Made by a program: the position numbers and the translations under genes. Shown piece by piece: positions 1-9,294 of a stretch of 64,000 nt of DNA (position 1 is the first letter of the stretch; the number at the start of each line of letters is the position of its first letter). This DNA is from Hyalangium minutum (lineage in GTDB: Bacteria; Myxococcota; Myxococcia; Myxococcales; Myxococcaceae), in NCBI RefSeq assembly GCF_000737315.1, contig NZ_JMCB01000009.1, forward strand, positions 186,001 to 250,000. Direction: 5' to 3'. The notes under the pieces are model-generated. The model worked only from the letters and a program-made list of their open reading frames with translations, was not told where the DNA came from and did not search any database.

Positions 1-2
1 AG

Positions 3-611
3 GCCTTCGAGCTCAAAAACCTGGATCCCAGCTCGTCGTACCTGCTGACGCTCGTGCCGCTCGATCCCGGCGCCTACACCCGTGGAGAACAGGGCGGCCT
101 GCTGGACAAGCTCGCCTGCGTGAGGCTCTCGGACACGGAGGGCCCCACCCCGTCCTTCCGCGACCAGCAGTTCCTGCTCCGCGCTGGAACGAGCCTCCCG
201 CTCTCGGGTGCCACCCGTCTGCTCTGCGGCGTCATCGATGACGATCCCTCCGACAACGCCGGCGAGCTTCAGATCGCAATCACCCGCACGAGCGGAGGCC
301 CCGAGTGGACCAGCCCCTCGCCCTACACCCTGGTGATTCCCAGCAAGAGCGGTGAGATCAAGTCCTCCTTCGAGCAGGCCATGCGCTTCTTCCGGAACAA
401 GCAGTACGACCGGGCCGCGATCTTCGCCGAGCGCTGCCTCTCGCTCGCTCCACGCGATGCGGATTGCCGTCTGCTCGCCGGCGCCATCTACGCCTCGCTC
501 CCAGGCCAGCAGGACAAGGCGGCGCAGAACTACCGCCTCTTCATGGATCTGGCGCCGAACCATCCGCGCGTCTCACACGTCCAGCGGCACCTCGCGGACC
601 TCGCGCCATAG
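3..611 (+). CDS. 5'-partial protein with C-terminal TPR-like helical repeat
   Basis: Frame is open from base 3 (AFELKNLDPSS...). C-terminus has a TPR-like pattern (AMRFFRNKQYDRAAIFAERCLSLAP...AAQNYRLFMDLAPNHP). Confidence 0.65.
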   Translation, partial: AFELKNLDPSSSYLLTLVPLDPGAYTRGEQGGLLDKLACVRLSDTEGPTPSFRDQQFLLRAGTSLPLSGATRLLCGVIDDDPSDNAGELQIAITRTSGGPEWTSPSPYTLVIPSKSGEIKSSFEQAMRFFRNKQYDRAAIFAERCLSLAPRDADCRLLAGAIYASLPGQQDKAAQNYRLFMDLAPNHPRVSHVQRHLADLAP

Positions 612-747
612 TCCCGCGAGGCAGGCCAGGTCCAACTGTTCAGTGAATGACAGATGCGCGCATCGCGTCACGCGGGCCTGCGCCTGAGGGAGGCGGACAA
701 GCGCCACGCCGTGTGCATAAGATTGAGACTCGCAGTGGGGGGAGAAC

Positions 748-1230
748 ATGACGCACGCGTTGGACATGACATGGGCTCGCCCACCAGTGGACCCCATGCC
801 GCAGCATGCAGACTCAGAGGGTGGGTGCGCTTCTCGGAAGACGGTCTCGAGCCCGGTCCGACGCGGACGGATCCTCATCGTGGATGACGAGCCCCACTTC
901 GGCCAAACGCTGCGCATGCTCCTGGGCCTCTCCCACGACGCCACCTATACGCCCAGTGCCCGCGAGGCCCTGCGCTGGCTCCAAGAGGGCCACCGCTACG
1001 ACGCCATCCTGAGCGATCTCATGATGGCCGAGATGCAGGGCGAGCAGTTCTCCAACGAGCTCACCTCGCGCGCGCCGGAGTTGGCCCGCCGCGTCATCTT
1101 CATGAGCGGGGGCGCCTATACCCCGGCCTCGCTGGAGTTCGTCTCGCGGATGGCCCACCCGCTGCTCATCAAGCCGTTCAAGCACACGGAGCTCGAGCAG
1201 CTGCTCCGGCCGCTCTTGCCGCCGGTTTAG
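748..1230 (+). CDS. Single-domain response regulator (receiver)
   Basis: RILIVDDE, phospho-acceptor region ILSDLMM, IFMSG, KPF motif; G-rich RBS before the ATG. Confidence 0.85.
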   Translation: MTHALDMTWARPPVDPMPQHADSEGGCASRKTVSSPVRRGRILIVDDEPHFGQTLRMLLGLSHDATYTPSAREALRWLQEGHRYDAILSDLMMAEMQGEQFSNELTSRAPELARRVIFMSGGAYTPASLEFVSRMAHPLLIKPFKHTELEQLLRPLLPPV

Positions 1231-1321
1231 GACGGGAGAGCCTCACTCCACGACCCATGGGGCCATCACCCTGGTATAGGCAGGCCTGAAGTCCTCCGGC
1301 CAACCCCCGGCAAAGACCCCC

Positions 1322-4300
1322 ATGATGGGCGCCTCTCAGCGCCAAGAAGGAAGACGGGTGAAGAAACGATCGGCTCCCCGGCCATCGGCGGCATCGGCCC
1401 AGCGAAGCAGGACGGAAGCCATGCTTTACCCGGAGCGTTTTCCGCTGGTGGGCATCGGCGCCTCGGCGGGCGGATTGCCCGCCTTCCTCTCCCTGCTCAA
1501 GCACCTGCCCACGCAGACGGGCATGGCCTTCGTGATCGTGCAGCACCTGGCCCCGGCCCGCGAGAGCATCCTCGCTGGATTGCTGGCCAAGGCCACGGCC
1601 ATGCCTGTCCTGGAGGCCACCGATGGCCTCGATCTCGAACCCAACCACGTCTACGTCAGTCCTCCGGGCGTGGGCATCACCTTCGCCCAGGGGGCCTTGC
1701 GCCTGAAGGCGCGCCGGGCTCCTGGGCAGCGCAGGCATCTCATCGATAACTTCCTGACCTCCCTGGCACAGGCCTCTCCGGGCCGGGCCATCGGCGTCAT
1801 CCTCTCTGGAACGGGCACGGATGGTACCCAGGGGCTCCAAGCCATCCACGCGGCGGGCGGCACCACCCTGGTCCAGGAGCCAGCCTCCGCCGACTTCGAT
1901 GGCATGCCCTGGAGCGCCATCGCCGCGGGCTGTGTGGATCACGTCCTGCCACCCGAGGGCATCGCGGAGGTCCTCGCCCAGCTCGCGAACGTCACGGCCC
2001 CCTCCCCTGGGTCCTCGGCCTCTGCCACGGCCTCTCCCTTGCTGATGCCCCAGGAAGAGCTGGGGCAGATCTTCCAGCTGCTGCGGAGCACGGCCAGAGT
2101 GGACTTCACCCACTACAAGCCCACCACCATCCATCGGCGCCTGGAGCGGCGCATGAGCCTGTGCAGGGTAGGACAGCTCGGCGACTACGTGCGCTACCTG
2201 CGGGAGCACCCGGAGGAGCTCGAGCTGCTTCACCAGGATCTGCTCATCCACGTCACCGCCTTCTTCCGGGACCCCGCCACCTTCGAGGTGCTCCAGCAGA
2301 AGATCTTCCCTCAGCTCTTCGAGAACCGGCCCCAGGAGCTCCCCTTCCGCATCTGGGTCCCTGGATGCTCCACCGGCGAGGAAGCCTACTCCCTCGTCAT
2401 CTCGCTGCTGGAGTTCCTGGGGCCGGCCGCCGCGCCTCCGCCCGTGCAGGTGTTCGCGACGGATCTCAGTGAGGCCGCCATCGAGCAGGCCCGCACCGCC
2501 ATCTACCCCGCGTCCATCGCCTCGAGTGTCTCGCCCGAGCGCCTGCACCGCTTCTTCGTGCAGACCGACGGCGGCTACCGGATCACCAAGGCCGTCCGGA
2601 GCCTGTGCATCTTCGCGCAGCAGAACCTGGTGAGCGATCCGCCCTTCTCCCAGGTCGACCTCATCAGCTGCCGCAATGTCCTCATCTACCTGGGGCCCGT
2701 GCTCCAGAAGAAGGTCATGCCCATCCTCCACTACGCCTTACGCCCCGGGGGGTTCCTGGTGCTCGGCTCCTCGGAGACGGTGGGCAGCTCCGCGGACCTG
2801 TTCTCCCTCGTGGACAAGCGCTGCAAGATCTACCGGAAGAAGAACGTCTCCCCCCGGCCGGGAGTCCTCTTCAGCTACCGCGACGCCCACGCGGAGAAGC
2901 CCATCCCCTCCCGGCGCAAGCACGAGCCCACGACCATGACCGAGGAGCTGCAGAGAGAGGCGAACCGCCTGGTCCTGGCCCGGTACGGACCTCCCGGCGT
3001 CATCGTCAACGGGGAGCTGGAGATCCTCCACTTCCGGGGCCACACCGGCCCGTACCTCGAGCTCATCCCAGGCGCCGCCAGCCTCAACCTCCTCAAGCTG
3101 GTGCGCGAGGGGTTGGCGTTGGATCTGCGCTCGGCCCTCCACGAGGCGAAGAAGAGCGCCCGTCGCGTCCGCAAGGAGGGGCTGGTCCTGCCCGCCGAAG
3201 GCACGCTGCGCAAGGTCAACCTCGAGGTGCACCCGCTGTCCTCCGTCACCGCCGGGCGTGAGCCGTACTTCCTCGTGCTCTTCGAGGAGGTCCAGGAGGT
3301 GGCTTCCACTCAGCCCCAGGAAGACCGGGCTTCCGCCCGCCGCGGCCGATCCAGCGCGGCCCAGAGTGAGCTCGAGCGGCTGCGCGAGGAGCTGCTCACG
3401 ACCCAGGAGCACCTGAAGACCGTCCTGGCGCAGCAGGAGGCCACCCACGAGGAGCTCCGCACGGCCACCGAGGAGACCCAGTCCAGCAACGAAGAGCTGC
3501 AGAGCACCAATGAGGAGCTGGAGACGGCCAAGGAAGAACTCCAGTCCACCAACGAGGAGCTGACCACCGTCAACGAGGAGTTGGAGAACAGCAACCTCGA
3601 GCTCAGCCAGCTGAACAGCGACCTGAACAACCTGATCGGCAGCACGCACATCGCCACCGTCATGGTGGACAACGAGCGGCGCATCCGCCGCTTCACGCCC
3701 ATGGCCGCCGCCGTGCTGCGGCTGTCCGCCACGGACATCGGGCGGCCCATCCGCGATGTGCAGGGCAGCCTCTCCCTGCCTGATCTGGAGGCCGCCCTCA
3801 CCGAAGTCATCGAGCGCCTGACCCTCGTCGAGCAAGAGGTGTGCGACCGCGACGGGCACTGGTACTCGCTGCGCCTGCGGCCCTACAAGACGCTGGACAA
3901 CCGGATCGACGGCGCCGTGGTGACACTGCTGGACATTGACCGGCTCAAGCGCAGCCTCGACGACGTGCGCAAGACCCGGGAGTACGCCAAGGCCATTGTG
4001 GAGACGATGCGCGAGCCCTTCTTGGTGCTGGACGCAGCCCTGCACGTGCTCAACGCCAACCCCGCCTTCTATTCCACCTTCCACATCAAGCAGGAGCAGA
4101 CCCTGGGGCGCCCGCTGTACGCGCTCGGCAATGGACAGTGGAACATCCCCCGGCTCCGACAACTCCTGGAGGAGATCCTCCCGCTCAACACCCACCTTCA
4201 GGACTTCGTGATGGAGCACGAGTTCTACACCATCGGGAAACGGCGGATGCTCCTCAACGCCCGCCGGATCTCCAGCGATGAGCTGGGAAGCCCTTACATC

Positions 4301-4354
4301 CTCCTCTCCATCGAGGACATAACAAACAAACAACAATTCGATAAAAACAGGTAA
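1322..4354 (+). CDS. CheB methylesterase / CheR methyltransferase / coiled-coil / PAS fusion
   Basis: CheB motifs GASAGG, VQHL, LSGTGTDG. CheR motifs VTAFFRDP, WVPGCSTGEE, ISCRNVLIY. NEELQSTNEEL coiled coil and two PAS-like domains. Exact start uncertain. Confidence 0.9.
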   Translation: MMGASQRQEGRRVKKRSAPRPSAASAQRSRTEAMLYPERFPLVGIGASAGGLPAFLSLLKHLPTQTGMAFVIVQHLAPARESILAGLLAKATAMPVLEATDGLDLEPNHVYVSPPGVGITFAQGALRLKARRAPGQRRHLIDNFLTSLAQASPGRAIGVILSGTGTDGTQGLQAIHAAGGTTLVQEPASADFDGMPWSAIAAGCVDHVLPPEGIAEVLAQLANVTAPSPGSSASATASPLLMPQEELGQIFQLLRSTARVDFTHYKPTTIHRRLERRMSLCRVGQLGDYVRYLREHPEELELLHQDLLIHVTAFFRDPATFEVLQQKIFPQLFENRPQELPFRIWVPGCSTGEEAYSLVISLLEFLGPAAAPPPVQVFATDLSEAAIEQARTAIYPASIASSVSPERLHRFFVQTDGGYRITKAVRSLCIFAQQNLVSDPPFSQVDLISCRNVLIYLGPVLQKKVMPILHYALRPGGFLVLGSSETVGSSADLFSLVDKRCKIYRKKNVSPRPGVLFSYRDAHAEKPIPSRRKHEPTTMTEELQREANRLVLARYGPPGVIVNGELEILHFRGHTGPYLELIPGAASLNLLKLVREGLALDLRSALHEAKKSARRVRKEGLVLPAEGTLRKVNLEVHPLSSVTAGREPYFLVLFEEVQEVASTQPQEDRASARRGRSSAAQSELERLREELLTTQEHLKTVLAQQEATHEELRTATEETQSSNEELQSTNEELETAKEELQSTNEELTTVNEELENSNLELSQLNSDLNNLIGSTHIATVMVDNERRIRRFTPMAAAVLRLSATDIGRPIRDVQGSLSLPDLEAALTEVIERLTLVEQEVCDRDGHWYSLRLRPYKTLDNRIDGAVVTLLDIDRLKRSLDDVRKTREYAKAIVETMREPFLVLDAALHVLNANPAFYSTFHIKQEQTLGRPLYALGNGQWNIPRLRQLLEEILPLNTHLQDFVMEHEFYTIGKRRMLLNARRISSDELGSPYILLSIEDITNKQQFDKNR

Positions 4355-4418
4355 ATCAGACTAGCCTGGAGAAGGGGCGCGTGACTAAGCTCCCCTCTCT
4401 GTGTGTGTGGGGGGGGTA

Positions 4419-6125
4419 ATGGGTAACCAGCGGAGCATGTCGCGCGCGGAAGTGGAGCAGGCTGTGCACTCGCTCGAGTGCAATCCCACCGCGCCGGATG
4501 AGCTGAAGCACCTGCTGCGGGAGCTGCAGCGCCACCAGCTGGAACTCGAACTGCAGAACCGCGAACTCCAGGAGGCGCACCAAGCGCTGGAGGAGTCGCG
4601 CAACCGCTACATGGAGCTCTACGACTTCGCGCCCATGGCCTGCGTGAGCCTGAATGAGCGCGCGTGCATCCAGGATCTCAACCTGACGGGCGCGGCCCTG
4701 CTGCGCCAGGATCGCACCTTTCTCCAAGGCCTGCCCTTCACCCCTTTCGTGGATCCCCAGGACGTGAGCCGCTTCCTGCTGCACGTGCGCCAGTGCATCG
4801 CGGGCGAGACGTTGAGCACGGAGCTGCGGCTGCGCGTCGCCAGGAGCCAGTTCGAGGTCCGGCTCTACAGCGCCCCGCTCCAGGACGGGAGGCCGCACGA
4901 GCGCATGTGCCGCACGGCCATCATCGACATCACCGAGCTGCGGCAGGTGCAGCTGCGCCTGAGCCTCGCCGAGCGCCTGGCCACAGTGGGCACGATCGCG
5001 GCGGGCATTGCCCACGAGATCAACAACCCCCTGGCCTTCCTCATGGGGAACCTCACGCTCGCCACGCTCACGTTGCAGTCCCAGGCCCCCGAGGCTGAGG
5101 TGTCACGGCCGCCAGGCGCCCTGGAGGGACGTCCCCCCGCGGAGCGGGCCCTCAAGGCGTTGGCTGAGGCCCAGACGGGCGCCGAGCGCATCCGGGACAT
5201 CGTGAAGGATCTGGGCGCCTTCGCCCGCCCCACCGCCTCGAGGAAGGGGCGCGTTGACGTTCAGCAGGTGCTGGAGCTGTCGGTGAAGATGGCCATGGCC
5301 GAGATCCGCCACCGCGCCACGCTCGTGCGGGACTACGCCAAGGCTCCGGAGATCACCGCCGATTCCGCCCAGCTGGGGCAGGTCTTCCTCAACCTGTTGG
5401 TGAACGCGGCGCAAGCCATCCCGGAAGGCGCGGCTTCCCTTCACGAGATCCGCCTGCGCGTGCGCACCGAGGAGGACACGGTCCTTGTGCAGGTCGAGGA
5501 CACGGGCGAAGGCATCTCCGCCCAAATCCTCGATCGCGTCTTCGACACCTTCTTCACCACCAAGGCGCCGAGCCATAGCATGGGGCTCGGGCTCGCCATC
5601 AGCCACAGCCTGGTGTCGCAGATGGGAGGGACCCTCACTGTGGAGAGCAAGCTGGGCCGGGGAAGCACCTTCTCCGTCCGGTTCCCCGCTGCGGCGCCCC
5701 CACCGGCGCTCACGAGAGAACGAGCTTCTCACCCGGCGCCCCCATCCGCTCTCCAGGGGGGGCGGATCCTCATCGTGGATGACGAGCCGAAGTTCGGCGA
5801 GACCTTGCAAATGCTCCTGAGCCTCTCTCACGAGGCCGTCTACACCTCCAGTGCACGCGAGGCCTTGCTCTGGATCCAGGAGGGCCACCACTACGACGCC
5901 ATCCTCTGCGATCTCATGATGGCGGAGGTGACCGGCCGGCAGTTCTATGAAGAGCTCTGCCAGCTTGCGCCGGAGATGGCCCGCCGCGTCATCTTCATGA
6001 CGGGTGGAGCCTATACCCCCGCCTCCCAGGAATTCGTCTCCGGGATGACACGCCCTTTGCTCATCAAGCCGTTCAAGGCCGATGCGCTCGATCAGGCGCT
6101 GCGGCCCCTCCTGCCGTCGGTTTAG
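4419..6125 (+). CDS. PAS hybrid histidine kinase with C-terminal receiver
   Basis: H-box GIAHEINNPL, N-box QVFLNLLVNA, G1/F/G2 boxes DTGEG, FFTTK, GLGL; receiver RILIVDDE...KPF. ATG at 4419 preferred over GTG at 4401. Confidence 0.9.
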   Translation: MGNQRSMSRAEVEQAVHSLECNPTAPDELKHLLRELQRHQLELELQNRELQEAHQALEESRNRYMELYDFAPMACVSLNERACIQDLNLTGAALLRQDRTFLQGLPFTPFVDPQDVSRFLLHVRQCIAGETLSTELRLRVARSQFEVRLYSAPLQDGRPHERMCRTAIIDITELRQVQLRLSLAERLATVGTIAAGIAHEINNPLAFLMGNLTLATLTLQSQAPEAEVSRPPGALEGRPPAERALKALAEAQTGAERIRDIVKDLGAFARPTASRKGRVDVQQVLELSVKMAMAEIRHRATLVRDYAKAPEITADSAQLGQVFLNLLVNAAQAIPEGAASLHEIRLRVRTEEDTVLVQVEDTGEGISAQILDRVFDTFFTTKAPSHSMGLGLAISHSLVSQMGGTLTVESKLGRGSTFSVRFPAAAPPPALTRERASHPAPPSALQGGRILIVDDEPKFGETLQMLLSLSHEAVYTSSAREALLWIQEGHHYDAILCDLMMAEVTGRQFYEELCQLAPEMARRVIFMTGGAYTPASQEFVSGMTRPLLIKPFKADALDQALRPLLPSV

Positions 6126-6202
6126 TTGAAGGGAGGCCGTAACTCGTCAATCCTCCGTTGCGCAGGCCCGCCTCACTCCCCCTCGACCTCTGGAGGTCGC
6201 TC

Positions 6203-7450
6203 ATGGCCAAGCGCATCCTTGGAATGATCCTGGCCGGTGGCCAGGGAACCCGGCTCGCCCCCTTGACGTCGCGGCGCTCCAAGCCCGCGGTGCCGTTCGG
6301 CTCGAAGTTCCGCATCATCGACTTCGCGCTGAACAACTTCATCAACTCGGGCATCTATTCGATCTACGTGCTGACGCAGTTCAAGGCGCAGTCGCTCACC
6401 GAGCACATCCAGCGAGGCTGGCGCTTCGGCACGTTCCTGTCGGACTACTTCATCACGCTGGTACCGGCGCAGATGTACCGCTTCGAGGAGCTGGGGCCCG
6501 TCTGGTACCGCGGCACGGCGGACGCCATCTACCAGAACCTGCACCTGGTGGAGAACCACGGGGCGGACCACGTGGCCATCTTCTCCGGCGACCACATCTA
6601 CAAGATGAACGTGGCGCACATGCAGGAGGCGCACGAGTCCCAGCGCGCGGACATCACCATCGCCGCCTACCCGGTACCGGTGGCCGAGGCGAGCCGCTTC
6701 GGCATCATGCAGGTGGACGAGCGCGGCCGCGTCACGGACTTCCAGGAGAAGCCCAAGGAGGGCGCGAAGACGATCCCGGGCCGGCCGGACATGGTGCTGG
6801 CCAGCATGGGCAACTACATCTTCCGGCGGCAGGTGCTGCAGGACCTGCTCGAGCTGGATGCGCGCGAGGAGGGCTCGCAGCACGACTTCGGCAAGAACAT
6901 CCTCCCGCGGGCGCTGAAGGACGGGTACCACATCCAGACGTATGACTTCACGCGCAACCCCATCCCGGGGCGGGATGCGCCGAACACGTACTGGCGCGAC
7001 GTGGGGACGCTGCAGGCGTACCACGAGGCCTCGATGGACCTGGTCTCGGTGAACCCGGAGTTCGACCTGTACAACCCGCACTGGCCGCTGCGCACGGCGA
7101 ACGAGTACAGCCCGCCAGCGAAGTTCGTCCACGAGGCCGGGGATCGGGTGGGCCGGGCGCTCAACTCGCTGATTGCCGGCGGCTGCATCATCTCCGGCGG
7201 CGTGGTGCGCGAGAGCATCCTCTTCCGGTGGGTGCGCGTGAACTCGTACTCGGAAGTGTACCGCTCGGTGATCTTCGACGAGGTGGACATCGGCCGCCAC
7301 GCCCAGATCAAGAACGCCATCATCGACAAGGGTGTGCGCGTGCCGCCGAACACGAAGATCGGCCATGACCTGGAGCAGGACAAGGCGCGCGGCTTCACGG
7401 TGACGGACAACGGCATCGTCGTGGTGCCCAAGGGCTACAAGTTCGGCTGA
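6203..7450 (+). CDS. glgC: Glucose-1-phosphate adenylyltransferase
   Basis: [50 protein letters not shown]; GGAGG RBS before ATG 6203. Confidence 0.95.
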   Translation: MAKRILGMILAGGQGTRLAPLTSRRSKPAVPFGSKFRIIDFALNNFINSGIYSIYVLTQFKAQSLTEHIQRGWRFGTFLSDYFITLVPAQMYRFEELGPVWYRGTADAIYQNLHLVENHGADHVAIFSGDHIYKMNVAHMQEAHESQRADITIAAYPVPVAEASRFGIMQVDERGRVTDFQEKPKEGAKTIPGRPDMVLASMGNYIFRRQVLQDLLELDAREEGSQHDFGKNILPRALKDGYHIQTYDFTRNPIPGRDAPNTYWRDVGTLQAYHEASMDLVSVNPEFDLYNPHWPLRTANEYSPPAKFVHEAGDRVGRALNSLIAGGCIISGGVVRESILFRWVRVNSYSEVYRSVIFDEVDIGRHAQIKNAIIDKGVRVPPNTKIGHDLEQDKARGFTVTDNGIVVVPKGYKFG

Positions 7451-7463
7451 AGGTTGGCACTGC

Positions 7464-8618
7464 ATGCGGCGCAAGCTCCGAGCGGCGCTCCTGGGAGTTC
7501 TGGCCGCAGTGCTCGGGGCGAGCCTGCTGGTCGGGCCGCGGTACCTGCGAGGGCTCTCGCTGGTGGTCCGGGCCTCGGGGATGCAGGAGGAGTGGGCCAC
7601 GTCGCTGGCCCGATGGCAGACGGGGCCGTTCGAGGTGTCCGATCTCCAGGTCCCCTCGCGCCATGGGCCGCTCAGGGCCCGGCTCTACCGTCCTCGGGAA
7701 GCACGGGGACACCCGATCGTGCTCACATCGGGAGTCCACGCGGACGGTATTGATGAGCCACGGCTGGTGAAGCTGGCGAAGGACCTCGCCACGGGTGGCC
7801 AGGTGGTCCTCACGCCCGAGCCCACGGATCTCCTCCGCTACGAGATCACCCCTCGGCTCCCGGACATGATCGAGGACGCGGCAGCGTGGCTCTCCACACA
7901 GAAAGAACTCGCTCCCGACGGAAGGGTCAGCCTGTTTGGCATCAGCTTTTCCGGGGGGCTCTCGATCGTCGCGGCGGGGCGTTCTGAGTTGAAGGACAAG
8001 GTGGCCGCCGTGCTCTCGCTGGGCGGGCATGGCGATCTGTCGCGTGTGCTCTCTTTTCTGTGCACGGGGGTGTTGCCGGATGGCCGTCCGCTGAAGCCCC
8101 ACGATTACGGGGTGGTGGTCATTCTCATGAACGTCGCCGACCGGCTGGTGCCCCCGGAGCAGGTAGAGCCACTGCGCACGGGCATCCGAACGTTCCTGCG
8201 AGCCTCGCACCTCACGCTTCATGACGCGAAGCGGGCGGAGGAGACGTTCGAGGAGGCGCGTAGGATGCAGGGCCAGTTGCCCGAGCCCGCCTCTCGCCTG
8301 ATGGGGTACGTCAACACGCGGGATGTGGCGTCCCTGGGACCGTTGTTGCTGCCGCTGGTCCAGGACTTTGCCGCAGACCCCTCTGTGTCGCCGGAGCGCT
8401 CCCCTCCTCCGTCAGCCCCTGTGTATCTGCTGCACGGCGCGGACGACACGGTGATCCCCGCCGTGGAGGCCTCACTGCTGGCCCAGGCGCTGCGGCCTCA
8501 TACGAAGGTCCACCTGCTGGCGACTCCGCTGATCACCCACGCCGAGGTTGACCGGAGTGCGCAGTGGGGCGACGTCTGGGAGCTCGTGTCCTTCTGGACG
8601 CACCTGCTCGAAGAATAG
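7464..8618 (+). CDS. Alpha/beta-hydrolase fold protein, N-terminal signal/TM
   Basis: Nucleophile elbow GISFSGG, LLHGADD and C-terminal ITHAE; hydrophobic N-terminus. Confidence 0.75.
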   Translation: MRRKLRAALLGVLAAVLGASLLVGPRYLRGLSLVVRASGMQEEWATSLARWQTGPFEVSDLQVPSRHGPLRARLYRPREARGHPIVLTSGVHADGIDEPRLVKLAKDLATGGQVVLTPEPTDLLRYEITPRLPDMIEDAAAWLSTQKELAPDGRVSLFGISFSGGLSIVAAGRSELKDKVAAVLSLGGHGDLSRVLSFLCTGVLPDGRPLKPHDYGVVVILMNVADRLVPPEQVEPLRTGIRTFLRASHLTLHDAKRAEETFEEARRMQGQLPEPASRLMGYVNTRDVASLGPLLLPLVQDFAADPSVSPERSPPPSAPVYLLHGADDTVIPAVEASLLAQALRPHTKVHLLATPLITHAEVDRSAQWGDVWELVSFWTHLLEE

Positions 8619-8626
8619 CCTTCGCT

Positions 8627-9235
8627 TCAGGCTGCCGAGGAGGTGAGGAACTCCTCCAGCAGCTTCCGCCCATCGCGGAAGACGCACCAGCCGTCACCCA
8701 CGAGCAGGGCCTCCAATCGATCATAGGAGAGCACCCGCCGGAGCGAGGCCAGCGCCTTGGCTCGATCCTTGAGGTTCTGCTCGGGCTTCAGCAGCATCAG
8801 CTCGCCCGCGCGGTGCGAGCGCAGCAGGTCGCCCGCGATGAACGTCGTGTCCTCCAGCATCAAGGCCAGCTCACCGGGAGTCTTCGAGCCCTCCATCTCC
8901 AGGACTCGAAGCCCCGGTACCACCTCGTCCCCGTCCTGCAGCCAGCGATCACACGGGACGGGGAACCCTTCCCGCTCCGCCGCGGGCCCCGCGAGCTTGG
9001 CACCGAACTCCGCGGCAATCTCCTTGGCGCCGCGCACATGGGCCGAGTTGGTCACCACGATCCAAGCCGCGCCGCCCAGCTCCCGCAGGTGCTTGCGGTC
9101 ATGCTCGGACATTGGCAGTGGATCGATCAGGACGTTGCCGCCCTCGCGGATCCAGGCAAAGCCGTTGAAGTCGATGTCGAGCCGCTCGGCGAATGTGGAC
9201 CAGCAGTAGAGATCCTTGCGGTGCAGCCGCTTCAT
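8627..9235 (-). CDS. Metallo-beta-lactamase-fold protein (short, degenerate motif)
   Basis: NVLIDP, VVTNSAHVR (degenerate HxHxDH region), GSKTPGE, FIAGD, LLVGDG. Confidence 0.7.
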   Translation of the reverse strand: MKRLHRKDLYCWSTFAERLDIDFNGFAWIREGGNVLIDPLPMSEHDRKHLRELGGAAWIVVTNSAHVRGAKEIAAEFGAKLAGPAAEREGFPVPCDRWLQDGDEVVPGLRVLEMEGSKTPGELALMLEDTTFIAGDLLRSHRAGELMLLKPEQNLKDRAKALASLRRVLSYDRLEALLVGDGWCVFRDGRKLLEEFLTSSAA

Positions 9236-9294
9236 GGTGGGCGCTCCCTGAACCGAAGAGTGGAAGTCGATAACCTGCCTCGCACCCTACTCCG

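Noticed and set aside
3470-3620. Repeated AACGAGGAGCTG units as a CRISPR or tandem array
   Set aside because: They encode the NEELQST coiled coil typical of CheB-CheR fusions; no spacers or cas genes.
4320-4354. A/C-rich tail (AACAAACAAACAACAA) at the end of the CheB-CheR gene
   Set aside because: Too short to support a recombination scar or regulatory role; noted only as a compositional oddity.
6184-6199. Small hairpin over the glgC Shine-Dalgarno as a CsrA site
   Set aside because: Only a 6-bp stem, poor match to the CsrA consensus and no evidence for CsrA in this window.
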